64,000 nt of DNA, taken from Eledone cirrhosa (Eukaryota). The position numbers were made by a program, and so were the translations under genes. Where the stretch lies: positions 62,620,001 through 62,684,000 of the forward strand of contig OZ024742.1 of assembly GCA_964016885.1 (NCBI GenBank). Reading direction: 5' to 3'. The notes beneath the pieces were generated by a model that saw nothing but the letters and a program-made list of their open reading frames with translations, was not told where the DNA came from and did no database searches. Shown here piece after piece: positions 1-12,751 of the stretch (positions are counted from its first letter, which is position 1; every line of letters begins with the position of its first letter).

Positions 1-384
1 CCCTCCCTGATTGTTTTATAATTGCTTAGTGCCATTCGCACTAGAAAAGGTTTTTGTGGCACCTTGAAGGTGCAGGTGTTAAACGCCTCCCCCTCATTCT
101 CTATTGCCTTACTTCGTGTTATGAGGTTCAGCAGTTTTGTGTTCGATTTCCTCACTAACACGAAGTTAGGTGTTGTTGTGGTTGTAAGTTGTTGCTGTGT
201 GTATTTTCTTTTAGATGTTTGTGTTAGTGGTAGTGTTGTTGGTGGAGATGGTGTTTGTGTTGACGGTTGTGTTGTTGCGGGGGTGGGTGTTGTAGTATGT
301 GTGTCTGTGTTTGGTGCCAGTAATAATTTTGATAATGGGAATAAAAGTACAGTTATTAAAAACAACAACAATCGCCCTTCTTGG

Positions 385-810
385 GGATAATCGCAATTGC
401 AGAAATCCAAATAATTGCCCCTTTGGAGGTAAATGCCTTAAAGTGAATGTTATATATAGATGTGGGGTGGTATCTAGGGATTATAGCTTTAACTATATAG
501 GTGCCACGGCCAATAAATTTAAAACTGGATTCTATGCTCATACTGGCTCATTTAAAATAGGAAACTGTGAAAATTAATTTGGACTATTAAGGAAGATAAG
601 GTTAGATATGATATTAAATGGTCTCTAATTAATACAGCAAGGCCTTATGCAGGAAATAGATCTAAATGTAATATTTTCTTAACGGAAGCGTTTGAAATAC
701 TGACCTCCAATTTGAACTTATTAAATGCAAAAAAAAAAAAAAATGAGGTAATCCCATCTTCTCAACATAAATCACTTTACTCCTTTTACTATAACATTAA
801 GGATCCTGAC
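385..810 (+). mobile_element. PLE 3' fragment, GIY-YIG endonuclease (degenerate)
   Basis: Translation NCRNPNNCPFGGKCLKVNVIYRC..NYIGATANKFK..H..SF, then W.LI..A.PY..C after a break; same endonuclease type as 5290-5545 and 14750-15180. Confidence 0.8.
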
Positions 811-1067
811 TAAGGTGGAATACAGGCATTGAAGATCTACTTTCAATAAATATATTATTGAATTAATACACAGATAGTTACTTTCTTGCAAAAGGTTTTT
901 TTTATTCCTATCTATTCTCCTCTACTTTATATCCATTATTTTATATACATATATATATCTCTTTTATATGTATACGTGTAGTTAGGTGTATGTGTATTTA
1001 TATATATATATATATATTTATATAGTGACGAAACATAAGTCAATTGCATGAACTCAAATCCTTTATT

Positions 1068-1126
1068 TACTGTTATATATATTTCGATGATAACCAATGA
1101 ATGGCTATGACCTAATCAGGCAGTTA
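1068..1126 (-). ncRNA. Degenerate type I hammerhead ribozyme (PLE pseudo-LTR)
   Basis: Minus strand: actg-c CTGATTA g gtcatagcca..tggttatcat c GAAA tatatata a-cagt; core G8 mutated, stem II and palindromic stem III recognisable. Confidence 0.5.
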
Positions 1127-1177
1127 TTCAGTTCTTAGATATGCCAGCTCTGTATTTTTGGTGTTGATGGTTTCAGA

Positions 1178-1280
<103 letters not shown>

Positions 1281-2009
1281 GGGGGGGGTATATATGTTTA
1301 TCCCGTTATATATTTGATAACTAAATTTTAGTTAATTTGTAGGTAATTAGTTTTGCTAGTAATATTTGTTAAACCTCTGGAATAGGCATATTTACACTTG
1401 TGGGCGAATGAGTACACGTACACACGCTCATTCTGTACACGTACACACGCGTATTCTGCATTCTATACTGACAATATTTTAGAACGCCTCCCTTTAATTG
1501 GTTCGTGTAGTGGTATTTGATGTACCTATATAATAGTGCAAACACATACATATGTTAAAATACATATTTGTGCTTGTAAGTTCCTTAAATCCTAATGACG
1601 GGATTTTTAGGTTCCGAAATATTGGACAGATAAAAGAAGAAGAACAACAAAACAAAACAAACTTACCTGATAACTACTTTTACTTATTACCTCATCTTAC
1701 CTCATCTTACAGTCCATTTTACATTGTTTAGCCTTAAATCTCTTTCAACGTTACATTTATAAAATTATTGATTTTGATAATTTCTAAGAGGATGACATAT
1801 TTGTAAATCAACCGTTTATGTGAATAAGTATATGGCAACATATTTTGATGAATAATTTGCTCTACGTGTAATTAATTAAAACACAATAGGAATTCGTATA
1901 CGTGCTTCTTTGAAAACAGAGCATCCAGGTAGGGTTGAGTTCTTGGGATTGAACCCAGCCCACCCTGGATGCTCTTCTAGAAACCCAGAAGCATTTCCCC
2001 TTCAACAAC

Positions 2010-2640
2010 AGTGAAACAAGCCCACTTTAGTTTATGAAGCTGTAGTTACATCTACTCGACCAAAGCAACAGCAAGGGGTCAAAGCACATGTAGGTATAGA
2101 GGAGGGTTGGTTTAAATAACTTTTCTTTAATCATCAGATGTCATTTAGACACCCAAATAAACGATCTTCCACGAAGCTCGCAAGCCACATATAGTCACCC
2201 AAGGACACAAACGTGGATTACTCCATTCAATGGAAAGTTCTGACCATACGGCCATACGGCAATGGAAAATTTTTTTGCGGGTTGTGCATCGAAGAAAGAA
2301 TAGATATCCTGCAGAGGTTACTTAACAGTACCTGTCTAAATATAAGACCTAATTTCTATAACCACTATCCCCATGTAGCCAAGTACTTATTACGTAACTA
2401 CTAAAGCCCAGACTAATTTCAACCGCTGAAGACGCAGACTATCTAGAACTATATCAATTGTTTCCCTCTCAGCTGTCTAACTTGAGTTGATTCCCGTTGA
2501 CAATGTACTTGCGCATGACCGATATTATTCATATAGCCTTCTGTTTTTCGGCTATAGACCATTCAGTCGAGTGTGACGACTCGCAAGGTGAGACACATGT
2601 CCTGGATAATTGTTAACTAATTGTTACGGAACTAAACTCT
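2010..2640 (+). mobile_element. PLE 3' fragment (GIY-YIG C-terminus, 3' UTR, HHR remnant)
   Basis: LVYEAVV..HVGI..WFK..H..SF..SSTKLASHI..YSIQWKVL..PY..CGLCIEE; remnant gtgacga-ctcgc aag gtgag-acacatgtc at about 2572-2600. Confidence 0.7.
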
Positions 2641-2688
2641 CTCTATATATATACATACATATATCTATCTATCTATCTATCTATCTCT

Positions 2689-2843
<155 letters not shown>

Positions 2844-2896
2844 TATGTCTATCTATCTTTCTCTCTCTCTCTCTATATATATAAACCTATATATAT

Positions 2897-3465
2897 ATGG
2901 TGGCTGCCAACTCGTTTTCGAGTACGGCCACTACTTTATATCCATGTAGGAGAACCCCTACCGATGCGCTGAACGAGTGTGACTTTTTAGTCCAGCCAGC
3001 GACTTGAAAACTCTGGTACAAACACTACACTTGTGACAATTATTGACACATAGTGCTGGGCCCATGGTACCATGTGACGACAAGTGCAGGGAGATCTCCA
3101 GATATAAAACAATGCCTGTGCCGTGAAGCTTTTATAGTGAGCAAAGGCACTGCACAAAGCCAGACCCACTCTCTTAACCAAGATGATATTTACCAAAAAG
3201 AAGAACAAGTCAACATCATTGGATATCATCAGAGTTGCAGGTGTTATATCAGAGTTTTCCTTCTCCTAGAATTCTGCCTTGACAAAGGCTAAGGGGTCAT
3301 CTCTCCCGGTGATTTTGGATGGCCATTGACTCTTAAGAGCTCCTTTGACAGGTTTTGTTTTTAGTCCTGCAGGATGTCCAAAGTCACTCTCCTCACCAAG
3401 AAACCTTGGTGGGGTTGCCAGTTTAGTCGCCAACGACCCGACCATGAGACAGGTTGTACTGGGAT
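2897..3465. mobile_element. Two opposed fragments resembling RTE-LINE 5' UTRs
   Basis: Minus strand carries ctaggagaaggaaaactctga, resembling an RTE 5' UTR motif as I recall it; both strands carry a similar gagtgactt..gact..aaaac block. Confidence 0.35.
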
Positions 3466-3478
3466 ATATATATATACG

Positions 3479-3556
<78 letters not shown>

Positions 3557-3571
3557 CATATATCTCTCTCG

Positions 3572-3614
<43 letters not shown>

Positions 3615-3652
3615 GACATATGTATATATATATACACATACATATGTATATG

Positions 3653-3686
<34 letters not shown>

Positions 3687-3705
3687 AATGTGTCTGTTGA
3701 CACCT

Positions 3706-4087
3706 GCAATATAGCTTAAGAGAAACATGACAATAATGATAGGCACTCAATATTTGAACTGGTTTATAGAATTCTCTTGGCCTTTGTCACTCTAAGTAGA
3801 GCCATAAAGAATTAGCTTTTAAAGAATTTCCCTTTTCTTTAAATCTATCAACCATGACCGACCTCCAACCATCTTATAGACACCTGAAATATAGGCATTG
3901 TTAGCTTAAGAGAAACTTAAAAATTAGGAGTGGCACCCCAATTTGAACTTGTTTAAGAATTCTTTCTGCCTTTGTCACTCTAAATATGAATTATAGCCTT
4001 AAAGAATTAGCTTTTAATGAATTCTCTTTTCTTTCAACCAATGACCTCCACCCATCCCACACCCCACCCTCTCCTACCACCAGAAAA
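3706..4087 (+). repeat. PLE 3' UTR/pseudo-LTR copy, also at about 24798-25178
   Basis: Near-identical to 24798-25178 and internally duplicated (tagcttaagagaaac..aagaattagctttta twice); the 24.8 kb copy continues into an intact HHR. Confidence 0.8.
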
Positions 4088-5545
4088 GTCCCTTAAATTA
4101 CATGACCGAACCGAACCTTTAAGGATAAAGACCCCGCACTTTACCCTGAAGGACCATAAGGGAAACTTCCTCAACAAACCATAAGTCAGACTTATCAACT
4201 CCCACTCGTTCAGACATCGCCTCTATCAGTAAGAAGATCCTGGATAGAGTTCTACCATCACTGAGGGTTGCCTCACCACTCCCACTCTGGAGCAGAACAT
4301 CTGAGGCAATATCTTGGTTCCAAGAATTATCCGACAAACACCACACTCGCTTCCTGCAACTCGACATAGAAAACTACTATACTTCTATCTCGGAGCCCCT
4401 CCTGAAGGACGCAATTACATTTGCAAGGAATTTTACCACCATAACCGATGCTGAGCAAGATGTTATCCTCCATGCCCGTAAGACCTTCCTATACTACGAT
4501 GGATCTTACTGGATCAACAAGAAGTCTCAGATCCCATTTGACGTCAGCATGGGAGCGAGTGACTCGGCTGAAATAAGCGACCTTGTGGGCCTGTACATCT
4601 TACATCACCTAAAGAACCTATTTACTGACCTAACCGGAGGTTTATGCCGAGACGACGGCCTCTTCGCCCTGCACAAGGTTAATCCCAACCCACCGATGGG
4701 TTTCGGAGAAACTTAAGCTCGTTCTTCCGTAATCTAGGATTTAGTATAACTATAGAATCTAATATAACTAGGGCCAACTTTTTAGATATTACTCTCGACC
4801 TAGATACTTCCTTCTATTACCCGCACAACAAACCTAATGAGTCCCTTAGATATATTAATGTTAATTATAACCATCCCCAAAACATCACTGATAACTTAGT
4901 AAAAATCGTCTCTATTAGAATCTCTGGCCTCTCGGCCAATGAAGATATATTTAACACCTCTGTCTCTTACTACAATGACGCCCTCGCCCGCAGCGGATTT
5001 AAAGAAAAGATAACTTACCTAGAAACCACCGCAAGCCTGCATAGGAGGAATAGGCATAGGCAGATTAGCTGGTACAACCCTCCCTCCAATAGAGAGGTCT
5101 CTACACCTATAGCTAGGATTTTCTTCACTTTGCTGAACACACACTTCCCCATACAACATAGGTACAACACCATCTTTAATAAGAACACAATAAGACTCTC
5201 CTACTCCACTACACCTAACCTAGCTAGGGATATAGCCAATTTCAATTCTAAAAAATTAAATAAGCCTCCGAACCCAATCCCCGGACTGAAGCCTTGTGCA
5301 ATTGCCTAAATAAGGAAGCCTGCCCACTTGAAAACAAATTCCTGACAAATGATATCGTATACAAATGCGATGTCATCTCAGGCACCGATGATTGCAACAA
5401 CAAAAAGACTTACATCGGCATGACTTCCAATAACTTTAAGACAAGGTGGTGTGCCCATACCCACTCCTTCAGTAGACCGGACAAATCAAATTAGACAACA
5501 TTCGCCTCCTATGTTTTGGACCTCAAAAGGAACTCCACCTCCTTC
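4088..5545 (+). pseudogene. PLE RT + GIY-YIG ORF, truncated and disrupted (possibly Hydra clade)
   Basis: HFTLKDHK..RLIN..FLQLDIENYYTSI..FDVSMGASDSAEISDLVGL..RDDGL..CNCLNKEACPLENK..YIGMTSNNFKTRW; stops and frameshifts. Confidence 0.85.
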
Positions 5546-5729
5546 ACGCTTATTTTTATGTGCCTGTGTATATGCGTATATTTATAAGTACATGTATGTG
5601 TGTATTTGTATGAGTGGCCGTTCGTTTGTATGCATATCGTTGTGTGTACGTGCGTTCATATGTACCTGCATATGAGCATGTATGTGTATGTTTGTGTATA
5701 TATATATATGTATATATATGTGTATATAT

Positions 5730-5819
<90 letters not shown>

Positions 5820-5926
5820 ATATATGTATATATATATGTGTGTATGTATATATATATATATATACATACACACATATATATACACATATGCACACATACA
5901 CATACACATAAATACATATATATATA

Positions 5927-6444
5927 TGGAGGAAGTTATAGTTCACTTTAAGCATTGTGTAATGGGGTATAAACGTTTGTATTTGTAAAGCCAAAACAAT
6001 GCAGGTATGGATATAGAATATAAATGCAAATGCAAAAGATGTTGTTGACAATTAGTCTTTTACCTTAAATTTATTTAAATATCCTTCATTTTCGAGATAA
6101 TACCTCTTCTTCGGAGGGAAGTAAAGTTGTTAAATCAGCGTTCTAAATAGCTTGCCAAGTCACGCTGATAGGAAATGGTATAGAGAATCTGTTCTATCTC
6201 TAATGTCAAAGAGTGAAGGTTAGGTGGATAAAGAATAGTCTCGCTTTAAAAGGGTTTTTGTACATGTATGTTTAAGTGTGTGGATGAATACGTGAATGTG
6301 TAAGAATGTGTGTGTGTGTGTGTGTGTGAGTGAGAAGATATGTCTATACGTGAATGTGGGGGATAGATGCTCTATCGTGTTAAAACTGGTCTTTGTGTGT
6401 GTATGTGTGTATGTGAGAGAGAATAAGTGGAGGTGTAAGCGCGC

Positions 6445-6477
<33 letters not shown>

Positions 6478-9168
6478 TGTTTACGTGTGTGTGAGTGCGT
6501 GTGCGTGTGTGTGAGATGGGAGTGTAAGGATGGAGCTAGGTGCTCTATCAAGTTATAAATTGGGTGTTGAGTTCTAGTCTATTATTGAATGGTGGTTGTG
6601 TTTTGTCTATAATCAGTGCTTCCTTAATTCTAAGATTGCCAAGGTTTCTTTCCTTAGTTTCTATTCTAACTGTTATGGTTTGTCGGTGTTTTTGCATTTC
6701 ACTAGGTGTTTCTTAAATGAGGAAGCGTTAGTATTGAGGTGTTCTGTTATTCTTATGTGAAGTGGTCTGGTGGGGCTACCTACGTAGAAGTTGCTGCATT
6801 TGTCGCACTCTAATCTGTATACGACGTAAGCATGGTGGCATAGGTCTGTGTCGTTGATGGAGCAGTTGGCTAGCCTGCGGCGGCTGTCATGTCTGGTGGA
6901 GTGTCTTTTGGTTAGCCGTCCGCGTAGAGAAGGTCCAGAGTGGGCTAGTTGGATATCTAGTCCCTCTCGTCTGATAGCTCTGCGGATGGCTGTTGTTGTT
7001 TCCTCACTGAAGTGTGGGAGCTTCAGGAAGCAGATGTTAGTGCCTCGGGTGTGGTGTCCTCTGTTCTTTCTGGCACGGTTCTTGGTGGACGTCGGGTATC
7101 CGTTCAGTTTAAGTACTTCCAGGAAATATGTGGTGTGTGTGACTCGGTCTCTAGAGTCAGTGCATTTGTTCCGGATACGTGTTAGTTCGTTCCTTATGTA
7201 TCCGAAATTAGCGCCGGCTGGGAGGGCTGATCTGAAATGTACAAACAGGTCCTTGCTGGCGGCTTTTTTATAGAAGCAGGTGTGGATGTTGCCTTCGTCT
7301 GTTACCCTGAGTTTGAAGTCTAGTAGGGATAAGGATCCGCGGTCATCGGGGTGTTCCATGCTGAACTTTATACTGGCGTCCATGTTGGAGAATGTGGTGT
7401 ATATTTTATCCTCCTCTTCACGGGATGATGTGAGGATGAGTATATCATCTACATATCGGGTGAATAAGGTATGGGAATGGCAGGTGTTGAGGGCTCAGCA
7501 TTCTAGCTGGTTCATATAGGTGATGGCCAGCAGGCCCGATAGGCTGGACCCCATGGGTAATCCTGTTGTCAGTCTGTATGTGTGGTGGTCGAAGGTGAAG
7601 TACGTGTTGTCCACTGTGAAGGACAAAAGCTGCTGTATGTCCGTCTGATGGAGGTCGTAGCAGTGGATGTCCTCTGCAACCACGCAGTCCGTCAATAAAT
7701 CGACAGCTGGATGAGTGGGGCTGTAGTGTAGAGGAAGACAACGTCGAGGCTAAAGGCGTATCTATTTAGTTTAAGTTGTTCTGGTTGGAGTTGGTGTAGT
7801 CTACGTATGACTTCGTCGGAGCTACTGACATGCCCGGGAAAGGTGGAGGGTAGAGGCTTGAGGACCTGGGAGAGGAGCCAGGAGATTTTGTATAAAGGTC
7901 CTTCTATGCTAGAGACGATGGGTCTTATTTGCGTCTTAGTACTATTCTTGTGGGTCTTGATGAGGTGGTAGAAAGTGGGCAGTCTGCTATTTCTAGTGGT
8001 GTAGTTGAGCTTAACTTTATTTGGGAGTTGTCGTCTCCTACAGATATCGAACCAGATGAAGTTGGCCTGTTTTTCGATCTGGGCTGCAGTCATGTCGCTT
8101 AGGTGTTCAAAGGCTAGGTTGTTGTATGTGGCTTGAGAGATGACACAAAACTCTTTACCTTTGTCGGATGGTAAGTATATAATTCCCTATTCCGTAGGTT
8201 CTTCAGGGCAAGTTGTTGTGTCCTGGAGAGGTTTGGGGCTATCTTCTTCTGTTTCCGTAAGATGTTAAATACGGAATGTTTTAGCCTCGAGAGTTTTTCT
8301 TCAAGCTCGCGGTTGGCAGGCGGTGGACAGAGTTGGCGATCCAGTTGGTATATCGGGAATCTGGGTTTGTTAGATTCCGTGGTGTTGTTGCCGAGAGTCG
8401 ATATCCATTTTAGTTGGTAGGCCACCCGACAGAAATTCGTTTCTATGTCGAGCCATAATTTGTCGTCCAGTCTCTGTTTCAATATGAACTTGGGTCCCAG
8501 GCTGAGGAGGTCTAATTCATCTCGGGAGAGGGATCCTGTCAAATCTGTGACGAGGTGTTTTGCGTCAGGTGTGTTGTTGGTCGGGGCGCCGCTAACTTCG
8601 GTGTTGGTACCGTCTTGTTCGCCTCTGTTGGTGCTTAGAGTTGGGTTGTTGTTAAGACGGTTAGCCGTGCTGAATTTGAGAAATTTTTGCGTTAGGCGTA
8701 TTTTCTCGTAGTCTCTTCGATGGTGGTATGACCTGTCTATAGCGGCGGAGATGACTCTGGGCAGAGGTTCTGGGGTTTCAGCTAGTTGTGGTACAAGCCT
8801 GGAAATAGTCCTATGTGTTGTTGTAGCGTGCGGTGTAGGTGTTGTATGAGTTTTCTAAGGCAGAATTTTTGTATGTAGCTAAGTGATCGTTTGACGCCTG
8901 GTGATTTGAAGCATGTTGGTAGGTGCAAGTTTTTGATAGTTTTAGGGATGATGTTGTTATTCAGGCATCGTTTGAGGAAGTTTATTATCAGCCGGCTTTG
9001 GCGCGATTTTCAGATAGCTGGAAGAGTTTCTTTACAGTTGCAAACTGGGCCTGGCTCAGGCGTAAGGAAAGGAGGAGGTTATAATTCATTTGAAGCATTG
9101 TGTAATGAGGTATAAACGTTTGTATTTGTAAAGCCAAAACAATGCAGGTATGGATATAGAATAAAAAT
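5927..9168 (-). mobile_element. Near full-length Penelope/Poseidon-type PLE with direct terminal repeats
   Basis: Frameshifted ORF from about 9098 to 6560 with RPIVS, FSLDVVFLYT, GLPMGSSLSG, RYVDDI, VVYRLECDKCSNFYVG; 5928-6020 repeats 9071-9165; HHR-like CCGAAGA..GAAA at 6082-6120; flanked by TA-rich microsatellite. Confidence 0.9.
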
Positions 9169-9278
9169 AAATACACACACACACATACACACATATATAC
9201 ACATACATACACACATACATAAACTTACACATACATATACACATATACATACATATACATATATATATATACATATAT

Positions 9279-9430
<152 letters not shown>

Positions 9431-9653
9431 AATTAAGTTAAAGATGTACATCCATATATGTATACTGAAATACTAGTATGTATATGAATACACACACGTA
9501 TACATATGTAGATGTACCAAGTTTTTTTCACTGGTCACTTTACTGTGAGTGGCCAGCTATTCTGTATGTAAACACACAGACAAACCGGTTTTTAGAGTCA
9601 TACTGGTTTTTGAGGAAACACCTTTCCTCTATTCTCCAGAAAGCCAGACAAGG

Positions 9654-9698
9654 AATATTGAACTAGTTTCGTTGTTGTTACAACTCATCAGCAATATT
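9654..9698 (-). ncRNA. Type I hammerhead ribozyme, intact core
   Basis: aatattg CTGATGA gttgt-aaca-acaac GAAAC ta GTT caatatt; 7-bp stem I, palindromic stem III. Confidence 0.9.
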
Positions 9699-10121
9699 TA
9701 CCTATCTTCCGGCCTCTCTAGAGAATCGTAAAAGCACATATCGTTATATGCTCTTTCTATGATAATTAGTAGTGGGCAGACTAATTTGCATAGAGTGTGA
9801 GTAAGTACCGGTTCAACGGAGACGATAAAAACAAATAACGAAACGAAATTAAATTTCGTTTCGTTTGTAACTCACTTTTGTATGACTGACGCTTAAACAA
9901 TTAAGTTAAAGATGTACATCCATATATGTATACTGAAATACTAGTATGTATATGAATACACACACGTATACATATGTAGATGTACCAAGTTTTTTTCACT
10001 GGTCACTTTACTGTGAGTGGCCAGCTATTCTGTATGTAAACACACAGACAAACCGGTTTTTAGAGTCATACTGGTTTTTGAGGAAACACCTTTCCTCTAT
10101 TCTCCAGAAAGCCAGACAAGG

Positions 10122-10166
10122 AATATTGAACTAGTTTCGTTGTTGTTACAACTCATCAGCAATATT
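10122..10166 (-). ncRNA. Type I hammerhead ribozyme, intact core (copy 2)
   Basis: Identical to 9654-9698, shifted by 468 nt. Confidence 0.9.
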
Positions 10167-10650
10167 TACCTATCTTCCGGCCTCTCTAGAGAATCGTAAA
10201 AGCACATATCGTTATATGCTTTTTCTATGATAATTAGTAGTGGGCAGACTAATTTGCATAGAGTGTGAGTAAAACCAGTATGACTCTAAAAACCGGTTTG
10301 TCTGTGTGTTTACATACAGAATAGCTGGCCACTCACAGTAAAGTGACCAGTGAAAAAAACTTGGTACATCTACATATGTATACGTGTGTGTATTCATATA
10401 CATACTAGTATTTCAGTATACATATATGGATGTACATCTTTAACTTAATTGTTTAAGCGTCAGTCATACAAAAGTGAGTTACAAACGAAACGAAATTTAA
10501 TTTCGTTTCGTTATTTGTTTTTATCGTCTCCGTTGAACCGGTACTTACTCACACTCTATGCAAATTAGTCTGCCCACTACTAATTATCATAGAAAAAGCA
10601 TATAACGATATGTGCTTTTACGATTCTCTAGAGAGGCCGGAAGATAGGTA

Positions 10651-10695
10651 AATATTGCTGATGAGTTGTAACAACAACGAAACTAGTTCAATATT
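10651..10695 (+). ncRNA. Type I hammerhead ribozyme, intact core (inverted copy)
   Basis: aatattgCTGATGAgttgtaacaacaacGAAACtaGTTcaatatt read directly on the + strand. Confidence 0.9.
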
Positions 10696-11020
10696 CCTTG
10701 TCTGGCTTTCTGGAGAATAGAGGAAAGGTGTTTCCTCAAAAACCAGTATGACTCTAAAAACCGGTTTGTCTGTGTGTTTACATACAGAATAGCTGGCCAC
10801 TCACAGTAAAGTGACCAGTGAAAAAAACTTGGTACATCTACATATGTATACGTGTGTGTATTCATATACATACTAGTATTTCAGTATACATATATGGATG
10901 TACATCTTTAACTTAATTGTTTAAGCGTCAGTCATACAAAAGTGAGTTACAAACGAAACGAAATTTAATTTCGTTTCGTTATTTGTTTTTATATATATAT
11001 ATATATATATATAAATATAA

Positions 11021-11947
11021 ATATAAATATTTACACATACACCAATTAAACAGTTACACGTATATATGTGTTTTTGCAACTTTTCACGTTGTGGCTCAAT
11101 GGAGAATTAATAAATTAATCAGAGCGAAATACTAGAGTAAAGCATGTCCAGAGAATTATTTGATAATATATATACATCATCTCTACTCCTAATCAGCACA
11201 ATTAACCACACAAAAAAATCAATTAGACCAGGCTATAAGAATCAAAGGTATCTATGAAGAAACAGTAAATAGATACACCACCGCGGCGTCTTCGCGGCCA
11301 ACCGCTATAGAGCATCTACCCAACGTTTCGACAGCACGTGGAAATTAATTAAATACACGGTCAACCATATATAATTAGGTAAAAATTAATGTTAAAAATG
11401 CCTATATACATACCAGAATTAAATCACTAAATCCCGACCCATGGGTTTCGCTCTCTGTTGAGATACCTTATTTAAGGTTCATACTCGAGTTTAGAGATCT
11501 TAAGGGGTAAACTCGCTAGACATATTATTTTCCGAAGTGGCCCCCGCCAAACACGAATTCAAAATGGTTGAGAACTGTGACGTGGCAGTGGTCAAGTCAG
11601 GAAGGGTGTGATTGGTTGCTTACGGCGATTGGGTTGGTTGCTAGAAAGCGCAGCCCAATATCGCCCAAATTTTTATCTCATGCTTATGGGAGATTATTAA
11701 ATATAAATATTTACACATACACCAATTAAACAGTTACAGGTATATATGTGTTTTTGCTGGGAAGATGCTCGATAGCGGTTTCACGCGAAGACGCCGCGGT
11801 GGTGTATCTATTTACTGTTTCTTCATAGATGCCTTTAATTCTTATGGCCTGGTCTAATTGATTTTTTGTGTTGTTATTTGTGCGAATTAGGAGTAGAGAT
11901 GATGTATATATATTATCAAATAATTCTCTGGACATGCTTTACTCTAG

Positions 11948-11950
<3 letters not shown>
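11021..11950. repeat. Composite of pseudo-LTR pieces: inverted arms (about 11131-11321 / 11759-11947) and a direct repeat (11021-11077 / 11701-11757)
   Basis: Arms are reverse complements with scattered substitutions; HHR 3' halves on the minus strand (GAAACGTT at 11322-11329; GAAACCCATGGGTC at 11436-11449). Confidence 0.7.
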
Positions 11951-12002
<52 letters not shown>

Positions 12003-12381
12003 GTATATACACATATATATACACATATATACATACACATACATACACATAAATATATGCTTATATATATATATACATATATATATACATATACATACAC
12101 ATACACATATATACACATATATATAAATATATGCACGTATGCACACATACATACACACACACATACATATATATATATACACATACATATACACACATGC
12201 ACATGTGTATATCTATGTGTATATATATATATATATGTGTGTGTGTATGTATGTGTGTATATGTGTATATATATATATGTGTGTATATGTGTGTATGTAT
12301 ATGTATATGTATATATATATATATATGTATATGTATGTGTATGTATGTGTATGTATATATGTGTATATATATATATGTATG

Positions 12382-12426
<45 letters not shown>

Positions 12427-12448
12427 GTATGTATATGTGTATTTATTT

Positions 12449-12481
<33 letters not shown>

Positions 12482-12551
12482 GTATAAATATATATATATG
12501 TATTTATGTGTATATATATATGTCTGTATGTCTATATGTATATATATATGT

Positions 12552-12642
<91 letters not shown>

Positions 12643-12656
12643 TATATATATATATG

Positions 12657-12747
<91 letters not shown>
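11948..12747. repeat. Compound (TA)n/(TG)n microsatellite, representative of many (e.g. 1181-1277, 2640-2898, 5690-5926, 9170-9425, 16965-17859, 20426-20958)
   Basis: Direct reading; these tracts are the source of the YI/CV/HT pseudo-ORFs. Confidence 0.98.

Positions 12748-12751
<4 letters not shown>

Noticed and set aside
9478-10871. Repeated 60-63 aa ORFs inside array A
   Set aside because: No recognisable motifs, absent from family B, and they overlap the ribozyme on the antisense strand
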